Assembly: GCA_043228905.1 (NCBI GenBank)
Contig: JBHGNT010001335.1
Coordinates: 1-9,747 of the forward strand
Length of the DNA stretch: 9,747 bases
Direction: 5' to 3'
DNA from: Azolla caroliniana
Taxonomy: Eukaryota; Plantae; Polypodiophyta
The notes below the pieces were generated by a model that saw nothing but the letters and a program-made list of their open reading frames with translations, ran no database searches and was not told the origin of the DNA. Position 1 is the stretch's first letter. Every line of letters starts with the position of its first letter. Made by a program: the position numbers and the translations under genes. Positions 8,769 to 9,747 of this stretch are shown one piece after another.

Positions 8769-8790
8769 CATGCATGCATGCATGCATGCA
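8769..8790. repeat. (CATG)5 palindromic repeat, equivalent to tandem RY elements (CATGCATG), in the upstream region
   Basis: Seen directly in the sequence. A regulatory role is not shown. Confidence 0.85.
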
Positions 8791-9747
8791 TACATATATC
8801 ATCCCCATCCGCTTTTTCTCATTGGTTCCTTGGAAATCCCCTTGGCTTCACGGTGGCCCATATCTGTATGTATATTATTTCCCCCTTAGAGGCTCCTAAC
8901 CCGCCCATTTGTTTTTCCTCATTGCCACCCCAACACCTCTCCCTTTTGGCACTCTGGCCCTCCACATGTCCGAACACACCTCCACGTTCAACCTTTCATG
9001 CCCTCGTATAGCACAAAAGCGTAGCATAAGCTGTGTTTCCTAACAAAGCTCTCTTGTTGTTTTATGCGATTGGTTGTATTTTCATCGTCAAATATGAGCC
9101 CCATTGGGAAGGGAAGGAGTTGAATGCATATTGGGCGAGGAAGAGGTAGATTCTGACATCTTCTTAACAATAAGACACTTGGGATATATACACGGTATTC
9201 TTGCATCTTGAAACAACTATTAACTTGGATATTTCAACTATGTTGGGTTGGTTTTATCGATTTGGTTAGCAAAGCTGCCATCACTTCCGTCATTTTAACA
9301 ATAGTGTGATTATTCCTTTGATGGCAAATTTGTATAATGTGTTTACGAAGGTATTCGTAAATCGACTATAGAAATATTTATAGTAGTTTAATTCATTGAA
9401 GTCAAAATGGTCTCATTGTGGGTAGGAAGATGTTGCATTATGTGTTTCATGTTCAAATTATCATGGACTATGCCCAAGAAACACAACATGCATTGCTTAT
9501 TGTGTGAGGAAAGCTTATGCTCATACCAAATGGTCCTTGGTTTCAGAATTGGTACATACTAGTGGTTGTTAATCGGGTATGTCTTGCCTCAATATTTTAT
9601 TAGGGCAAGAAGCTATATCTCAATCAATCATTACTGCTAAAATCACCTTAGCATATGTCCTCAAAAAAATCAATTCATTAAGGATGCCCACGTAATCGAG
9701 TGTTGTTTGCTATTGTTACCCATCCTGTTTTTTTGTTGCGAATCGAG

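Noticed and set aside
8350-9206. ORFs 8350-8583, 8654-8899, 8694-9011 and 8988-9206
   Set aside because: They are low-complexity or microsatellite-driven, or lie in promoter sequence, with no coding signal.

Overview
Eukaryotic plant nuclear DNA, not prokaryotic. The PPR consensus style suggests a fern or other non-seed plant, which is an inference. There are two spliced genes, both on the minus strand. (1) A PLS-class pentatricopeptide repeat (PPR) gene runs off the left edge, and the ORF track missed it because it has no stop codon in the window. Joining a small upstream exon (donor at 3313/3312) across a 2163-nt intron to the large exon (acceptor at 1150/1149) rebuilds a divergent PDF motif directly ahead of the PPR array. 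This motif is the ssDNA-binding module of organellar OSB proteins, so the product looks like a PDF-PPR fusion. A targeting-peptide-like 44-aa ORF sits one base out of frame just upstream. (2) A 3-exon, 236-aa gene (8428-7468) of the plant-specific uncharacterised 'GSPPxRxxNP / VRVEGF' family. The remainder holds a decayed intronic LINE reverse transcriptase, an L1-like 3' fragment, a probable solo LTR with a 5-bp TSD, a hAT-like MITE and microsatellites.
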